Shown: piece after piece, positions 18,723-29,580 of the stretch | Layout: the number at the start of each line of letters is the position of its first letter | How positions within the stretch are numbered: position 1 is the first letter of the stretch | Origin: Candidatus Woesebacteria bacterium GW2011_GWB1_33_38 | Lineage (GTDB): Bacteria > Patescibacteriota > Microgenomatia > UBA8517 | Length of the DNA stretch: 64,000 bases | Assembly: GCA_000990005.1 (NCBI GenBank) | Contig: LBPF01000001.1 | Location: 90,315 to 154,314 of the forward strand | Direction of reading: 5' to 3' | Notes under the pieces: model-generated | What the model was told of the DNA's origin: nothing | Database searches by the model: none | Seen by the model: the letters and a program-made list of their open reading frames with translations, nothing else | Made by a program: the position numbers and the translations under genes

Positions 18723-19570
18723 AACTGTTTAAGAACCCAAAACTGACTAAATTATCAATTGAATATTATAAAACCTATTATTCTGGAGTTACAAGAAATT
18801 GGAAAAAGCTTTCAAAAGATGTCTTAAACATAGAAAAAGCTAATGAGAAAATTACTCAGATTGAAAAGGCAGTAGGAACGATTAAGGGTAAAAAAATATT
18901 GGAGATTGGCTGTGGGTTCGGATTATTTTTAGGTAATACTTTTCAGAAAGGCGCCGATTGTTATGGTATCGAACCAGACAAGTTTGCGTATGAGGGAGCC
19001 AAAATTGTTCTTAAAAAATATGGAGTCAAGGAAGAAAGAGTTGTCCATGGTATAGGTGAAAAGCTTCCCTTTAAAGATAATTCGTTTGATATTGTGACGT
19101 CTGTAATGGTTTTGGAACATGCCCAAAACCCAGAATTAATTATAAAAGAGGCTGTAAGGGTTACAAGGCCTAAGGGAAAGTTGTATTTTGTAGCTCCTAA
19201 TTATAATTCATTTTGGGAAGGTCATTATGGAGTTTTATGGTTTCCGCTTCTTTCTAAAACTTTAGCAAGAATATATGTAAAATTGCTTGGAAGAGATGTA
19301 GAGTTTCTTGATGAAATTAACTTTACTACACCAAAAAAAGTAATAGCGATGTTTAAAAAAACTCACAAAGTGCGGATTTTTTCTACGGGCGAGGGAGTGT
19401 GGGTTGAAAGAATGAAAAATTTGAATTTTAATGCTTGGGGCCAAACAAATAGTCTTAAGAACAAACTTAGGTTACTTAAAACTTTTAGATTAACATATTT
19501 GGCAATAAGTTTAGGAAAAATGTTTCAATTTTATTATCCTATTATTATAGTTGCAGAAAAGAAAGCATGA
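18719..19570 (+). CDS. class I SAM-dependent methyltransferase
   Basis: ILEIGCGFGLF; FDIVTSVMVLEHA. Confidence 0.8.
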   Translation: MKLFKNPKLTKLSIEYYKTYYSGVTRNWKKLSKDVLNIEKANEKITQIEKAVGTIKGKKILEIGCGFGLFLGNTFQKGADCYGIEPDKFAYEGAKIVLKKYGVKEERVVHGIGEKLPFKDNSFDIVTSVMVLEHAQNPELIIKEAVRVTRPKGKLYFVAPNYNSFWEGHYGVLWFPLLSKTLARIYVKLLGRDVEFLDEINFTTPKKVIAMFKKTHKVRIFSTGEGVWVERMKNLNFNAWGQTNSLKNKLRLLKTFRLTYLAISLGKMFQFYYPIIIVAEKKA

Positions 19571-21105
19571 ATGTAATTGTAAGACAAATATTAACTTTTG
19601 TCCGTAAGAACAAAAGTTTGACAGCAATACTTCTTTTAATGTGGTTTATCCCGAGGATTTTTTCAGCAGGTTCTATTCTTACTGCTGATGAGTCTACATG
19701 GATTGAAAGATCTACAAATTTTATGAGAGCAATTAGTAAACTTGAGTTAAAAAATACTCGTCAATTTAGGATTGCTGAAGCATCTCATCCTGGCGTGACC
19801 TTAATGTGGGCGGGTGGAACTGGCGTTATATTGGAGCGTGCTACATCTTCATTTTTCAATTATTCATCCGAAACTCGACTTTTTTTGATTAAGCTCCCCT
19901 TAATTATTATTGGAGGAATGCTTTTCCTACTCATTTTTTTTGGTTTGACAAAAATAGTCGATAAACGTGTAGCTTTTTTTACCTCTTCCTTTTTGGCTCT
20001 TGACCCGTTTTTTCTCGGTTATTCGAGACTTTTACATTTGGATGCAATGCTCTCGATGTTTATGTTTGCCTCAATTATATTTTTTCTTTTAGCTCTAAAT
20101 CAAAAAGATCACATCAATTATTATCTTAAGATTTCAGCTGTTTTGGGTGGGCTAGCCTTTTTGACAAAAGTACCCGCCTTTGCCATTATACCAATCATTC
20201 CCCTAATTTTAATTTTCATTACCAAGTTCAATAAACAAAGAATTATATATTCTTTCAGGCTATTCTTAAGATGGATTGCTATTTCTGCTGTTACTTTTGT
20301 AATTTTATGGCCAGCTATGTGGGTTACACCGAAAGAAAGTTTGCAATCCCTTTTTGGTGCGGCAAGAATTGGGTTAACAGAAGCTCATAATATTAGTGAA
20401 TATATTCTTGATCCTTATTATTATGTTAACACTTTCAAAAACTTTAGTAGTCCTATTGTTATGTTTCTTGTATTATCTTCAGTTATTTTTTTGAAAAAAA
20501 AGAAACTTTTAGAGACTAAATCATTACTTATTAGTCTATTTTTTATTATTTACTTTATAGTTGGAATGACACTTGGGGCAAAAAAGGGTTTAAGGTATAT
20601 CCTTCCAATATATCCCCACCTCTTTTTTCTTTCAGGGTTAGGGCTTAATGGTATTTTGAATGCTATTAAAAATAAAAGAATAGCCTTGTTGGTAGCTTTA
20701 ATTGCTATGATTATTATAATATTTCAGACGGTGAATATTCATCCTTACTATTTAGCGTATTATAACCCCCTAGTAGAGCCACCTGTTAAAATGGGTTTTG
20801 GTGAAGGAATTGAATTGGCTGCTAAATATTTAGAAACAAAAGAAAAGCCAGAAGATCTTATTGTATCATCATGGTATCCAGATGTTATGGCCACTTACTT
20901 TCCCGGAACGATTTTAGGTCTTGATTCAATAGATAAAGCTGATTATGTGGTTTTGTACCGAGGAATGAAAGGAAGGGCAGAAATTGATCCTGCAACTCGT
21001 ATAATTAATTCATATGAGACAATGATTCCTGATAAAACAATTTATTTGAACAATTTGGAATATGTATGGATATATGAAGGGGGTAGAAATATCAAATCAA
21101 AATGA
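19567..21105 (+). CDS. GT-C superfamily glycosyltransferase (PMT_2/ArnT-like)
   Basis: First loop TADESTWIERS (DE motif). Multi-TM with a C-terminal soluble domain. Confidence 0.65.
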   Translation: MNVIVRQILTFVRKNKSLTAILLLMWFIPRIFSAGSILTADESTWIERSTNFMRAISKLELKNTRQFRIAEASHPGVTLMWAGGTGVILERATSSFFNYSSETRLFLIKLPLIIIGGMLFLLIFFGLTKIVDKRVAFFTSSFLALDPFFLGYSRLLHLDAMLSMFMFASIIFFLLALNQKDHINYYLKISAVLGGLAFLTKVPAFAIIPIIPLILIFITKFNKQRIIYSFRLFLRWIAISAVTFVILWPAMWVTPKESLQSLFGAARIGLTEAHNISEYILDPYYYVNTFKNFSSPIVMFLVLSSVIFLKKKKLLETKSLLISLFFIIYFIVGMTLGAKKGLRYILPIYPHLFFLSGLGLNGILNAIKNKRIALLVALIAMIIIIFQTVNIHPYYLAYYNPLVEPPVKMGFGEGIELAAKYLETKEKPEDLIVSSWYPDVMATYFPGTILGLDSIDKADYVVLYRGMKGRAEIDPATRIINSYETMIPDKTIYLNNLEYVWIYEGGRNIKSK

Positions 21106-22037
21106 CTAGAAAAAAAATAATGAACATTCTTAAATTTGTTGTAAGTATTACCCTTATATATTTTTTAATAAAGAAGGTAGGAGTAGCACAATTTACTGAA
21201 GACCTTAAAAACCTAAATCTTTACTATCTTTTTTGGGCTTTCCTTTTTAATTTTATCAGTACACTTATTCAAGCTGAAAGATTGCGCATTATTGTTAACG
21301 GGCAAAGTATAAAGATGAATTACTTAAAAGCTTATAAATTTAATCTTATTAGTACATTTTTTGGAATCTTTTTACCCACTGTTATTGGTGGAGATGTGGT
21401 CAAAATGGCTCTTTTGTCATCTCATAGTGGTAAAAGAGCTGTATCAATTGGTGTAGTTACAATAGATAGAGTAATCGGGACTTATGCGTTGGTTGTGGTA
21501 GCTTTAATTGGGGGAATTGTTGGTAGAAAATATCTCACCAATAATATTGTTTTATATACAGTAGATGCGTTTATCATTGCATTTCTTACACTTCTCACAC
21601 TTAATATAAAAGGTATATGGGAAAATCTTTGGAAATTTATTGAACCCAAATTTGGTAAAAAGATTTCATCAATTAATACTTTTGTTCATACTTTACAATC
21701 ATATAGTATTTTTAATTCTTACTTTTTAAAAGCATTTATTTGGTCTTTGTTTTTTTATATGGCAATTGTTACGTCAAGCTATTTTGTCTCTCTTTCGCTT
21801 GGTCTAATTATTAACCCACTTGTTTTTTTTGTCTTTGTACCTTTATTGTCTTTAGCATCTATGGCACCGATTTCGATAAGTGGAATAGGCGTAAGAGAAG
21901 GTGTCTCGGTTGTTTTCTTTTCAACAATGGGAATAAGTTCTAGTTTAGGAGTGTTATTGTCTTTTATACCATTTGTTTTGAAAATGATAATGGGTTTTGT
22001 TGGCGGTATAATTTACACAATTACAGAAAAAATATGA
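21102..22037 (+). CDS. flippase-like membrane protein (lysyl-PG-synthase TM-region / UPF0104 family)
   Basis: LIYFLIKKVG...AERLRIIV...FLPTVIGGDVVKMALL...IDRVIG matches the LPG_synthase_TM pattern. 8 TM helices. Confidence 0.6.
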   Translation: MTRKKIMNILKFVVSITLIYFLIKKVGVAQFTEDLKNLNLYYLFWAFLFNFISTLIQAERLRIIVNGQSIKMNYLKAYKFNLISTFFGIFLPTVIGGDVVKMALLSSHSGKRAVSIGVVTIDRVIGTYALVVVALIGGIVGRKYLTNNIVLYTVDAFIIAFLTLLTLNIKGIWENLWKFIEPKFGKKISSINTFVHTLQSYSIFNSYFLKAFIWSLFFYMAIVTSSYFVSLSLGLIINPLVFFVFVPLLSLASMAPISISGIGVREGVSVVFFSTMGISSSLGVLLSFIPFVLKMIMGFVGGIIYTITEKI

Positions 22038-23179
22038 ATTTATTATTAATTAGCAATGAGTATCCACCGATAGGGGGTGGAGGATCAATAGTTGTCAAAT
22101 ATTTGGCTAAGGATCTTGCCAAAAAAGGCCATGTGGTTCATCTTGTTACATCAAGCTATGCAAATTTGTCGCGGGAAGAAGTGTATGATGGCTATATTGT
22201 TCATAGAATACCTGCGATTAGACTTAGTAAAGATTATTGTTCACTTTGGGAGCTAGTTATTTTTTCTATTTCGGCACTCTTCTATTCACTCTTTTTTGCT
22301 AAAAAATACAGAATAGATATTGTGCAGGCGTTTTTTGCAGTGCCTGCGGGAGGTGTTGCATATATTTTAAATATTATATATAAGATACCTTATGTAATAT
22401 TTTTAGGTGGTAGCGATGTACCAAATGCTAATCCTTATAGATACAAAACTATATATCCGATTCTTTCTCCGATTATCAAATTAATTTGGTCAAGAGCCGA
22501 TACTGTAGTCGCCGCAAGCAATGGGTTGAAAAAAATTGCAGAAAAATCTGATCCAAAAAGAAAATTTGTAATGATTCCAAATGGTGTAGATACAAAGTAT
22601 TTTGTTCATAAAAACATAAGGAGTAATATTGTTAATATTTTAGGAGTAGGGAGGTTAATGCCAAGAAAAGGCTATCAATTTGTTATTCAGGCATTGAAAA
22701 ATGTTAAAGCAAAAACAAAAAATAAATTTATTTTTACGATTGTCGGCGGCGGGGATTATCTAACTGAATTAAAAGAACTTGCAAGGAGAAATAATGTAAA
22801 TAAATTAGTTAAGTTTACAGGCCAAATAGACTACTCTGAGATTAAAAAATTATTGTCTACATCAGATATTTTTGTTCATCCCTCTATGGCTGAGGGAATG
22901 CCTTTGTCACTTCTTGAGGCCATATCGTCTGGCCTTCCAAGTATATCTACAAAAATCGCAGGCAACGAGGATTTGGTAAAAAATAATAAAAATGGCTTTT
23001 TATTGGAGGTTGGTGATGTTAACGGTATAACTGATTCGTTAATTAAACTTATTGATGATAAAAAATTAAGGCAAAAAATGGGAATTGAATCTGTTAAAAT
23101 TTCAAAAAATTACGACTGGGAAAAGATATCAAATGCTTACAATAAAATTTATACAAAAATATACAACTTGAAACAATGA
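22034..23179 (+). CDS. GT4 family glycosyltransferase (paralogue of 16864-18000)
   Basis: NEYPPIGGGGSIV; SMAEGMPLSLLEAISSGLPSIST. Confidence 0.8.
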   Translation: MNLLLISNEYPPIGGGGSIVVKYLAKDLAKKGHVVHLVTSSYANLSREEVYDGYIVHRIPAIRLSKDYCSLWELVIFSISALFYSLFFAKKYRIDIVQAFFAVPAGGVAYILNIIYKIPYVIFLGGSDVPNANPYRYKTIYPILSPIIKLIWSRADTVVAASNGLKKIAEKSDPKRKFVMIPNGVDTKYFVHKNIRSNIVNILGVGRLMPRKGYQFVIQALKNVKAKTKNKFIFTIVGGGDYLTELKELARRNNVNKLVKFTGQIDYSEIKKLLSTSDIFVHPSMAEGMPLSLLEAISSGLPSISTKIAGNEDLVKNNKNGFLLEVGDVNGITDSLIKLIDDKKLRQKMGIESVKISKNYDWEKISNAYNKIYTKIYNLKQ

Positions 23180-24138
23180 CAAATAAAAAGATAGTTATAT
23201 TTGGAGGATTGGGATTTATAGGCCGAAATTTAGCAATTAATCTTCTCAAAAAAAATTATAATGTGACACTAGTTGAACATGAATTAAAAGGAAAGAATTT
23301 AAAAGTTGCCAAGAAAATTAAAAATTTAAAAATTATAAAAGGAAACATATTAGACAAAAGATCAATAGCTTCTATTCTAAAGCATAAATATAATATCTTA
23401 TTCAATTTAGCGGCACATTCTGGACCAAAAGCTAGTGTAGATTATCCATTTTTAGATCTGGAGACAAACACTTTAGGATCTTTAAATATTTTAGAAGAGG
23501 CAAAAAAATACAAAGATCTGGTTGTTGTGTTTTTAGGATCCAGACTTGAATATGGAGAAGTAAACGAAATCCCAGTATCAGAAAAGACTGTATCTCAACC
23601 ACAAACGATGTATGGTTTAAGTAAATTCACAGCTTCTAGTTTTCATCTTTTGTACAATAAATTGTACTCAGTTAAGACAATTATTGTAAAAGGAGCAAAT
23701 CCTTACGGTACGCATATTTATAATCCAAATCCTGCTTACAATATAATTAATTATTTTATTGATAAAGCCAATCATGATGAAGATATTGAAATTTTTGAAA
23801 CTGCCAAAAATCAAATCAAAGATTATATTTATATTGATGACTTTTGTGAGGCACTTGTTAAATTGTCACTGAACAAAAATGTTTATGGTCAGGTATATAA
23901 TTTAGGAAGCGGTAAGGGTATTAAATTTATAGATGCAGCAAAAACAATCACTAGAATTTTAAAAAAAGGAAGAGTTGTAGTTATTAAACAAAATTCCTTG
24001 TTAAAGAAAATAGAAGCTGGTGATTATGTGTCTGACATAAGTAAAATCAGTAAACGTATTAATTGGAAACCTAAAATCAGTTTTGTTAAAGGTATTTTGA
24101 TGACGACCAACATAAGACATATTATTTTTGATATTTAA
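23176..24138 (+). CDS. NAD-dependent epimerase/dehydratase family protein
   Basis: IVIFGGLGFIGRNL; YGLSK. Confidence 0.8.
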   Translation: MTNKKIVIFGGLGFIGRNLAINLLKKNYNVTLVEHELKGKNLKVAKKIKNLKIIKGNILDKRSIASILKHKYNILFNLAAHSGPKASVDYPFLDLETNTLGSLNILEEAKKYKDLVVVFLGSRLEYGEVNEIPVSEKTVSQPQTMYGLSKFTASSFHLLYNKLYSVKTIIVKGANPYGTHIYNPNPAYNIINYFIDKANHDEDIEIFETAKNQIKDYIYIDDFCEALVKLSLNKNVYGQVYNLGSGKGIKFIDAAKTITRILKKGRVVVIKQNSLLKKIEAGDYVSDISKISKRINWKPKISFVKGILMTTNIRHIIFDI

Positions 24139-24835
24139 TATGAAAAATATATATCAAAAAGATTATCACAAGAAATATTCACAAGAATTAATCGCTAGAA
24201 AACATTTGTTAGATTTTGTTCAACAAAACATTGAAGTTAAAGAGAAAATAATTTTAGACGCAGGTTGTAATGGTGGTTTCTTAAGCTTTTTTATGGCTAA
24301 AAACGGTGCTAAAAAAGTTTACGGCTTGGATATGTCACCTGGTTTTATTAAGGCAGATATCAAACGGGCAAAACAAGAAAAAATGATTGATAGATTTAAT
24401 TTTAAAGTCGGTAATATTGAACATCTGCCATATAAGGATAATTTTTTTGATTTTATTATTTGTTCTGAGGTAATAGAGCATGTAAGTAGACCTGATTTAG
24501 TAGTCAGTGAATTTAATAGAGTGTTGAAAAAAAATGGACGTGTTTTAATTACTACACCAAATATTTTAAACCCAATGGAAATTGTGCACAATCTGAAACA
24601 CTATTTGATGTGGATAATTAAAAAAGAGCCAATTACACATATTCAACATTTTACTTTTATTAATCTGAAAAAACTATTCTTAGGATTCACCGTTGTTAAA
24701 ATAGTTGGAGTGGGAATAGGAGCCGCTTTTTTACCTTTTTCAAAGTTTGGCTTTATTAAAAAGATTGATTATTTATTAGGTAATTTATTACAGCCAATTT
24801 CATTTGATTTATTTTTGTTAGTCAAAAAGAAATAA
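24128..24835 (+). CDS. class I SAM-dependent methyltransferase
   Basis: ILDAGCNGGFLS; FDFIICSEVIEHV. Confidence 0.75.
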   Translation: MIFNMKNIYQKDYHKKYSQELIARKHLLDFVQQNIEVKEKIILDAGCNGGFLSFFMAKNGAKKVYGLDMSPGFIKADIKRAKQEKMIDRFNFKVGNIEHLPYKDNFFDFIICSEVIEHVSRPDLVVSEFNRVLKKNGRVLITTPNILNPMEIVHNLKHYLMWIIKKEPITHIQHFTFINLKKLFLGFTVVKIVGVGIGAAFLPFSKFGFIKKIDYLLGNLLQPISFDLFLLVKKK

Positions 24836-24837
24836 TT

Positions 24838-25533
24838 ATGGAAGATCCAGTGGGAGAAAAATCACTAGAAGTAATGTCTGAAGCCAAATGGTATAACTTA
24901 CTTATTTACAACCGTTTTGTGAAACCAAATTTAGGTAAAAAAGTTCTTGAAATAGGATCTGGGATTGGTAATTTTACAGAAATACTCCTTAAAGATTCGA
25001 AGTTGTTATTAGCAACAGATATTAGAAAAAGTTATCTCTCCACCCTTAGAAAGATAAAAAACAAAAAGCTTAAAGTTGCATTTGCGGATATTGAAGATAA
25101 TATTTTTAAACCTAAATATACTGGTTTTGATACGATTATATGTTTAAATGTTTTAGAGCATATTAAGAACGATCAAAGGGCGCTTAATAATATGTACAAG
25201 AAATTAAATAAAAATGGGAAGTTGGTGATGTTGGTTCCAGCCCATCAACAGTTTTATTGTTTGTTAGACAAGAATCTAGGTCATTTTAGGAGATATACCA
25301 AAAATTTACTGCGAAATAAAATAAAAAAGGCAGGCTTTAAGATTGTTTCTGAAGATTATCTGAATCCTATTTCAGGTATTGGTTGGTTTATTAATGGAAA
25401 GATATTAAGAAAAGGGGTAATTGATACTAAATTAATTAAAATATTTAATCTTTTATTAAAACCTATCATTAAATTAGAAAAATATTTTAGACCATCGTTT
25501 GGATTATCGGTCGTTATTGTTGCTCAAAAATGA
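24838..25533 (+). CDS. class I SAM-dependent methyltransferase
   Basis: VLEIGSGIGNFT; FDTIICLNVLEHI. Confidence 0.75.
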   Translation: MEDPVGEKSLEVMSEAKWYNLLIYNRFVKPNLGKKVLEIGSGIGNFTEILLKDSKLLLATDIRKSYLSTLRKIKNKKLKVAFADIEDNIFKPKYTGFDTIICLNVLEHIKNDQRALNNMYKKLNKNGKLVMLVPAHQQFYCLLDKNLGHFRRYTKNLLRNKIKKAGFKIVSEDYLNPISGIGWFINGKILRKGVIDTKLIKIFNLLLKPIIKLEKYFRPSFGLSVVIVAQK

Positions 25534-26966
25534 AATCGAATAAAACCATTATATTAACAACAGTTTTCTTGATTTTTATATTTAATTTTTTCCTAAGAAT
25601 CTACTTTGCAAATCAAATAAAAGGTGTTTCTGGTGGGGATGCTTATAACAATTTATTTATTGCAAGACATATTGTCAATGGCAATAATCCCTTCTTGGAA
25701 GCAAGAAGATTGCCTTTTTACCCATTACTTTTGGTTCCAACACAATTTTTTGAGGTTGATCCTATCTTATATTCAAGAATAATTGCAGCTTTAGCTGGGT
25801 CACTATTGTCTGTAGTTATTTTTCTATTTGCGTTGAGTTTTAAATTAAATATTTTTCTATCAATAGTTGTAGCGATGCTAACAGGTATGTCACCGACATT
25901 ATTTTTTGTATCGGTAAGACCTCTTTCCAACAGCACATTTGCTTTTTTAATCGTCACCTCTGTTTACTTGTTTTATCAAAATTACAAAAAGAAGAAATTT
26001 AACAAAAATTATTCTTTATGGTTTATGTTGGGACTGGCTTCGATGACAAGACATGAAGGTTTTGTTATCGCCTTCATATTCTTTATATTTTTGCTACTAA
26101 AAGCAATTAAGAGAAAACAAATTATTAAATTAATTTATTCGTTAATACCATTTGGAATATTAGTATTACCTTTTTTTATTAATAATTATTTAAATTTTGG
26201 CAAACTTTTCTATTCAGATTATTTGGAATATCCAGAAGGTTTATGGATGCCAAAAGGTTGGGACGAATTTATCCGAAATTTTAATATGCTTTCAGAAATA
26301 CCAAAATATATTTGGTTTTCTGGAACTCAATTTTTGTCTTATGGGAAAATACTAAGCTTCATTTTGATCATTGGAGTGTTTGCATGGATAAATGATAAAA
26401 AGAAATTATCTATACCCTTAATATTTATTTTACTGTCTCAAGTTGTTATATCATTTTGGTATCAACCAACAATTAGATATTGGCTTCAAATAATACCCTT
26501 TGCATCCTTTTTAGTGGTTTATTTAGGTTTTTCGTTGTCAAAAAAATACAGTTTAAAAATATTTGTATATCCACTTTTTGTTTTAATACTTTTTTTCCAA
26601 TTCAAATCACTTTATATTTATATGAAAGGAACAGTAAATCAATTAAACCAAGGTACGCGACAAGAGTATCTGTTAAGGAAAGCACTTCTTGATGTTTCGC
26701 AGAATTTTGAAGGAAAAATTGGTCTACCTGCCGATTATCCACAAGCTCTTTATTTTTTGAAGAATAAAGGTGTTTACTATACAACCCGACCTCCCAAGAT
26801 AGATTCAATTGAGATTCAAGAAAAATGGATAAAAGATAATTCTATTAACTATCTGTTAATTCCTAAAGAACACGATTTTCTAGACATCGTAAGAATTAAA
26901 AAATTTCCAATAGTAAAAATATTTAAGGAAGATAATTCGGAAGTCGTAATGTATAAAGTTTTATGA
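25530..26966 (+). CDS. polytopic membrane protein, putative GT-C-like glycosyltransferase (module copy A)
   Basis: SGGDAYNNLFIARHIV...FLEARRLPFYPLLLVP...MTRHEGFVIAF. Paralogous to 29580-31007. Confidence 0.5.
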   Translation: MKSNKTIILTTVFLIFIFNFFLRIYFANQIKGVSGGDAYNNLFIARHIVNGNNPFLEARRLPFYPLLLVPTQFFEVDPILYSRIIAALAGSLLSVVIFLFALSFKLNIFLSIVVAMLTGMSPTLFFVSVRPLSNSTFAFLIVTSVYLFYQNYKKKKFNKNYSLWFMLGLASMTRHEGFVIAFIFFIFLLLKAIKRKQIIKLIYSLIPFGILVLPFFINNYLNFGKLFYSDYLEYPEGLWMPKGWDEFIRNFNMLSEIPKYIWFSGTQFLSYGKILSFILIIGVFAWINDKKKLSIPLIFILLSQVVISFWYQPTIRYWLQIIPFASFLVVYLGFSLSKKYSLKIFVYPLFVLILFFQFKSLYIYMKGTVNQLNQGTRQEYLLRKALLDVSQNFEGKIGLPADYPQALYFLKNKGVYYTTRPPKIDSIEIQEKWIKDNSINYLLIPKEHDFLDIVRIKKFPIVKIFKEDNSEVVMYKVL

Positions 26967-28822
26967 TTAATAAAATAATTGTTTTTATTACGTTTTTAGT
27001 CCTGCTCTTTTTCTTAAAAGAAAGTCTTTTGCTTATTGATCCATTTGAAAGACCAGGTGCTTTTTTGGAACATATGAATGAGATTCCATTATTAATATCA
27101 GTTTTGATCGGGATTGCTGGAGTTTTTGCAGTATTTAGTTATTTATTTATTAACAAATTAAACAAAAAATATTGGATTTATGCTTTATTAATTGTGCTGT
27201 TTTTATCTCTTTCAGCAAAGTTTCTTTACACACTGGTTTTACCAGTTACGAACGATGAGGGGGCTTATCTTTATGATTCTCTCTTGATTAGCCAAGGTTC
27301 ATCTCCTTTTCATTTTTCCTTTGCTAGATCTCCAGCCTTTGTTTATCCGTTAGCACTATTTATTAAAACTTTTGGATCTAGCTTATTTATTGGGAGAAGT
27401 TTTTCAATAGTTGTATCTATTGGTATAAGTTTTATTTTATTCTTAATAGGTAAATTTATAAAAAATGAAAGGTTGGGATTTTTAAGTTCTTCTTTTTTTC
27501 TTGTATTTTCTCCGATGGTTTATGACACTATTTATGTTCATACACAGACTATAACTATATTTTATGTACTTGTTTCTTTTTATTTCTTACTTAGATCAAT
27601 TAAAGATGGTAAAAATTTAAATATACTGATTTCTTACTTTTTTATTTCATTAGGTATTTTGACTAGAGAAATGGTCATATTCTATTTACCCCTATGGGCT
27701 GTGCTCACTTTTTTCCCGATTAGTAAAAAGAATTTTGCTCATAAACTAATTAAAACGGTTTTAGGATGCTCAATGTTTACTCTCACTTATTTGGGTTTAT
27801 GGTCTTTAATTGGTCTAAGTATTGGATTCGAAAAAGTTTTTTATAATCTTATGGCGCTTGCCACTGCTAGGCAAGGTCACACTAGCTATATTGTATCTAT
27901 CGTGTCTAAACTTGAGCTTGTTAGATTTAATTTGGTTTACGCCTTTGGAATATTATCTCTTTTTACTACTTCTGCATTCAGTTTTATTTTAGGTAAATTA
28001 ATAAAACATAAAAATATTCTGTTGGGTTTTGTTTCTATTGTACTGATCCTTTTCGTTAAAAGTGTTCCCAATACGCTTGTATCAATAGGTATGGATAATT
28101 ATTATCTTTTTTTTGTTGTGATGGCTGTTTTGTTTAGTTGCTCTTTGATCTTATACTTATCCAAGAATTCCATAAAAGACACGCAAAAAAGCACTTCATT
28201 GATATATTTAATCGGTTTGTTCGCTGTCCCATTCTCTTTTTACCTTTTCTATTATCCGAATTTTCAAACAGAGTATTGGATAGAATTTCTAGTACCGCTT
28301 ATCATGGTGATTTCATTCATGTTTAATCATCAAATTATAAAATTTGATTACAAACGTAATATTTGGTTGCTTTTAACACTATTGATTGTGGTCTCTGTAA
28401 ACACATTCTTATCTTTTTGGGTTACTCTTAAACCACAAAGAGGAACATACTCAATAACAAATTTGATAGAGATCAGAGACCATCTTATAAAAAATTACCC
28501 CAAGAGAGAGATCTTTACTGGTGCGTCGATTATACCTTTTGTTTCTGGAAATAGCCTAGCTTTAAACATTACTCATCCTGCTATATATTCTTACCAAGAT
28601 ATTGATAGTAGAATAATTGATAAACTTTTTCCCTCAGAGAAAGAGATTGTTGATTATTTGGCTGTTAATAAAATACAAATTGTAGTAATTGAAAAATTTA
28701 CAACAGACTCTTATTTTAGTAAAAGTGATATGATAAAAAATTATATATATGCAAATTATTCAGAAGAAAAGATAATTGGTTCTGAAAACCCCTTAATATT
28801 ATTAACCAAGAACGAAAAATGA
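26963..28822 (+). CDS. GT-C superfamily glycosyltransferase (module copy B)
   Basis: First-loop VTNDEGAYLYDSLLISQG. About 13 TM helices. Paralogous to 30982-32727. Confidence 0.6.
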   Translation: MINKIIVFITFLVLLFFLKESLLLIDPFERPGAFLEHMNEIPLLISVLIGIAGVFAVFSYLFINKLNKKYWIYALLIVLFLSLSAKFLYTLVLPVTNDEGAYLYDSLLISQGSSPFHFSFARSPAFVYPLALFIKTFGSSLFIGRSFSIVVSIGISFILFLIGKFIKNERLGFLSSSFFLVFSPMVYDTIYVHTQTITIFYVLVSFYFLLRSIKDGKNLNILISYFFISLGILTREMVIFYLPLWAVLTFFPISKKNFAHKLIKTVLGCSMFTLTYLGLWSLIGLSIGFEKVFYNLMALATARQGHTSYIVSIVSKLELVRFNLVYAFGILSLFTTSAFSFILGKLIKHKNILLGFVSIVLILFVKSVPNTLVSIGMDNYYLFFVVMAVLFSCSLILYLSKNSIKDTQKSTSLIYLIGLFAVPFSFYLFYYPNFQTEYWIEFLVPLIMVISFMFNHQIIKFDYKRNIWLLLTLLIVVSVNTFLSFWVTLKPQRGTYSITNLIEIRDHLIKNYPKREIFTGASIIPFVSGNSLALNITHPAIYSYQDIDSRIIDKLFPSEKEIVDYLAVNKIQIVVIEKFTTDSYFSKSDMIKNYIYANYSEEKIIGSENPLILLTKNEK

Positions 28823-29580
28823 AAATATCTAAATTAAAATTACAGGAAGTAAAACTACACAAAAAACTAGCAAAATCCTACTATTGGGTGCGTGAAAAAA
28901 ATTCTCATTATAAGTATTTTAATAATTTGTGGATAGAACAAATACAAACCATGCTTCCAAAAAAGAAGTATCAAAATACATTGGATTTAGGTTGTGGCAC
29001 CGTTGAATTTTATGAATTAATTAAGGATAAACTCAATTCAAATTATTTAGGGGTTGATTTGTCTCCAGACATGCTTAATATTGGTAGGAAAAAATACAAA
29101 AACATACGTTTGCTAGAAGCCGACGCGGAAAATTTACAAATAAAAGATAGTACCTTTGATTTAATAATCGGACGAGGTATTATCCATCACTTACCTGAAC
29201 CTGTAAAAGGGTGTGAAGAAGCTTATCGAGTGCTCAAAAAGGGCGGATATTTTATTGTTTCCGAACCTTATAGTAATATTTTTCTCAAATTGATTCGTAA
29301 GATTTATTATAGATTATCAAATCATTTTTCAGATACTCATAAATCGTTTTCTGGAGATGAACTTTCAAATTTATTAATTAAATCTGGATTCGTAATTAAA
29401 GAGATCGGTTTTTGGGGAGTTCTATCTTTTCCATTTGCTTTCCCCGACATCTTGCCTACTTATAAGTTTGTTCCACTTCCCATATTTAAGCTCTTAGTCC
29501 AGCTAGATAAGATAATTGTCAAAATACCATTTATCAAAAAAATGGCTTGGCACATAATAATTCTTTGTAAAAAAAGGTAA
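28819..29580 (+). CDS. class I SAM-dependent methyltransferase
   Basis: LDLGCGTVEF; FDLIIGRGIIHHL. Confidence 0.8.
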   Translation: MKISKLKLQEVKLHKKLAKSYYWVREKNSHYKYFNNLWIEQIQTMLPKKKYQNTLDLGCGTVEFYELIKDKLNSNYLGVDLSPDMLNIGRKKYKNIRLLEADAENLQIKDSTFDLIIGRGIIHHLPEPVKGCEEAYRVLKKGGYFIVSEPYSNIFLKLIRKIYYRLSNHFSDTHKSFSGDELSNLLIKSGFVIKEIGFWGVLSFPFAFPDILPTYKFVPLPIFKLLVQLDKIIVKIPFIKKMAWHIIILCKKR

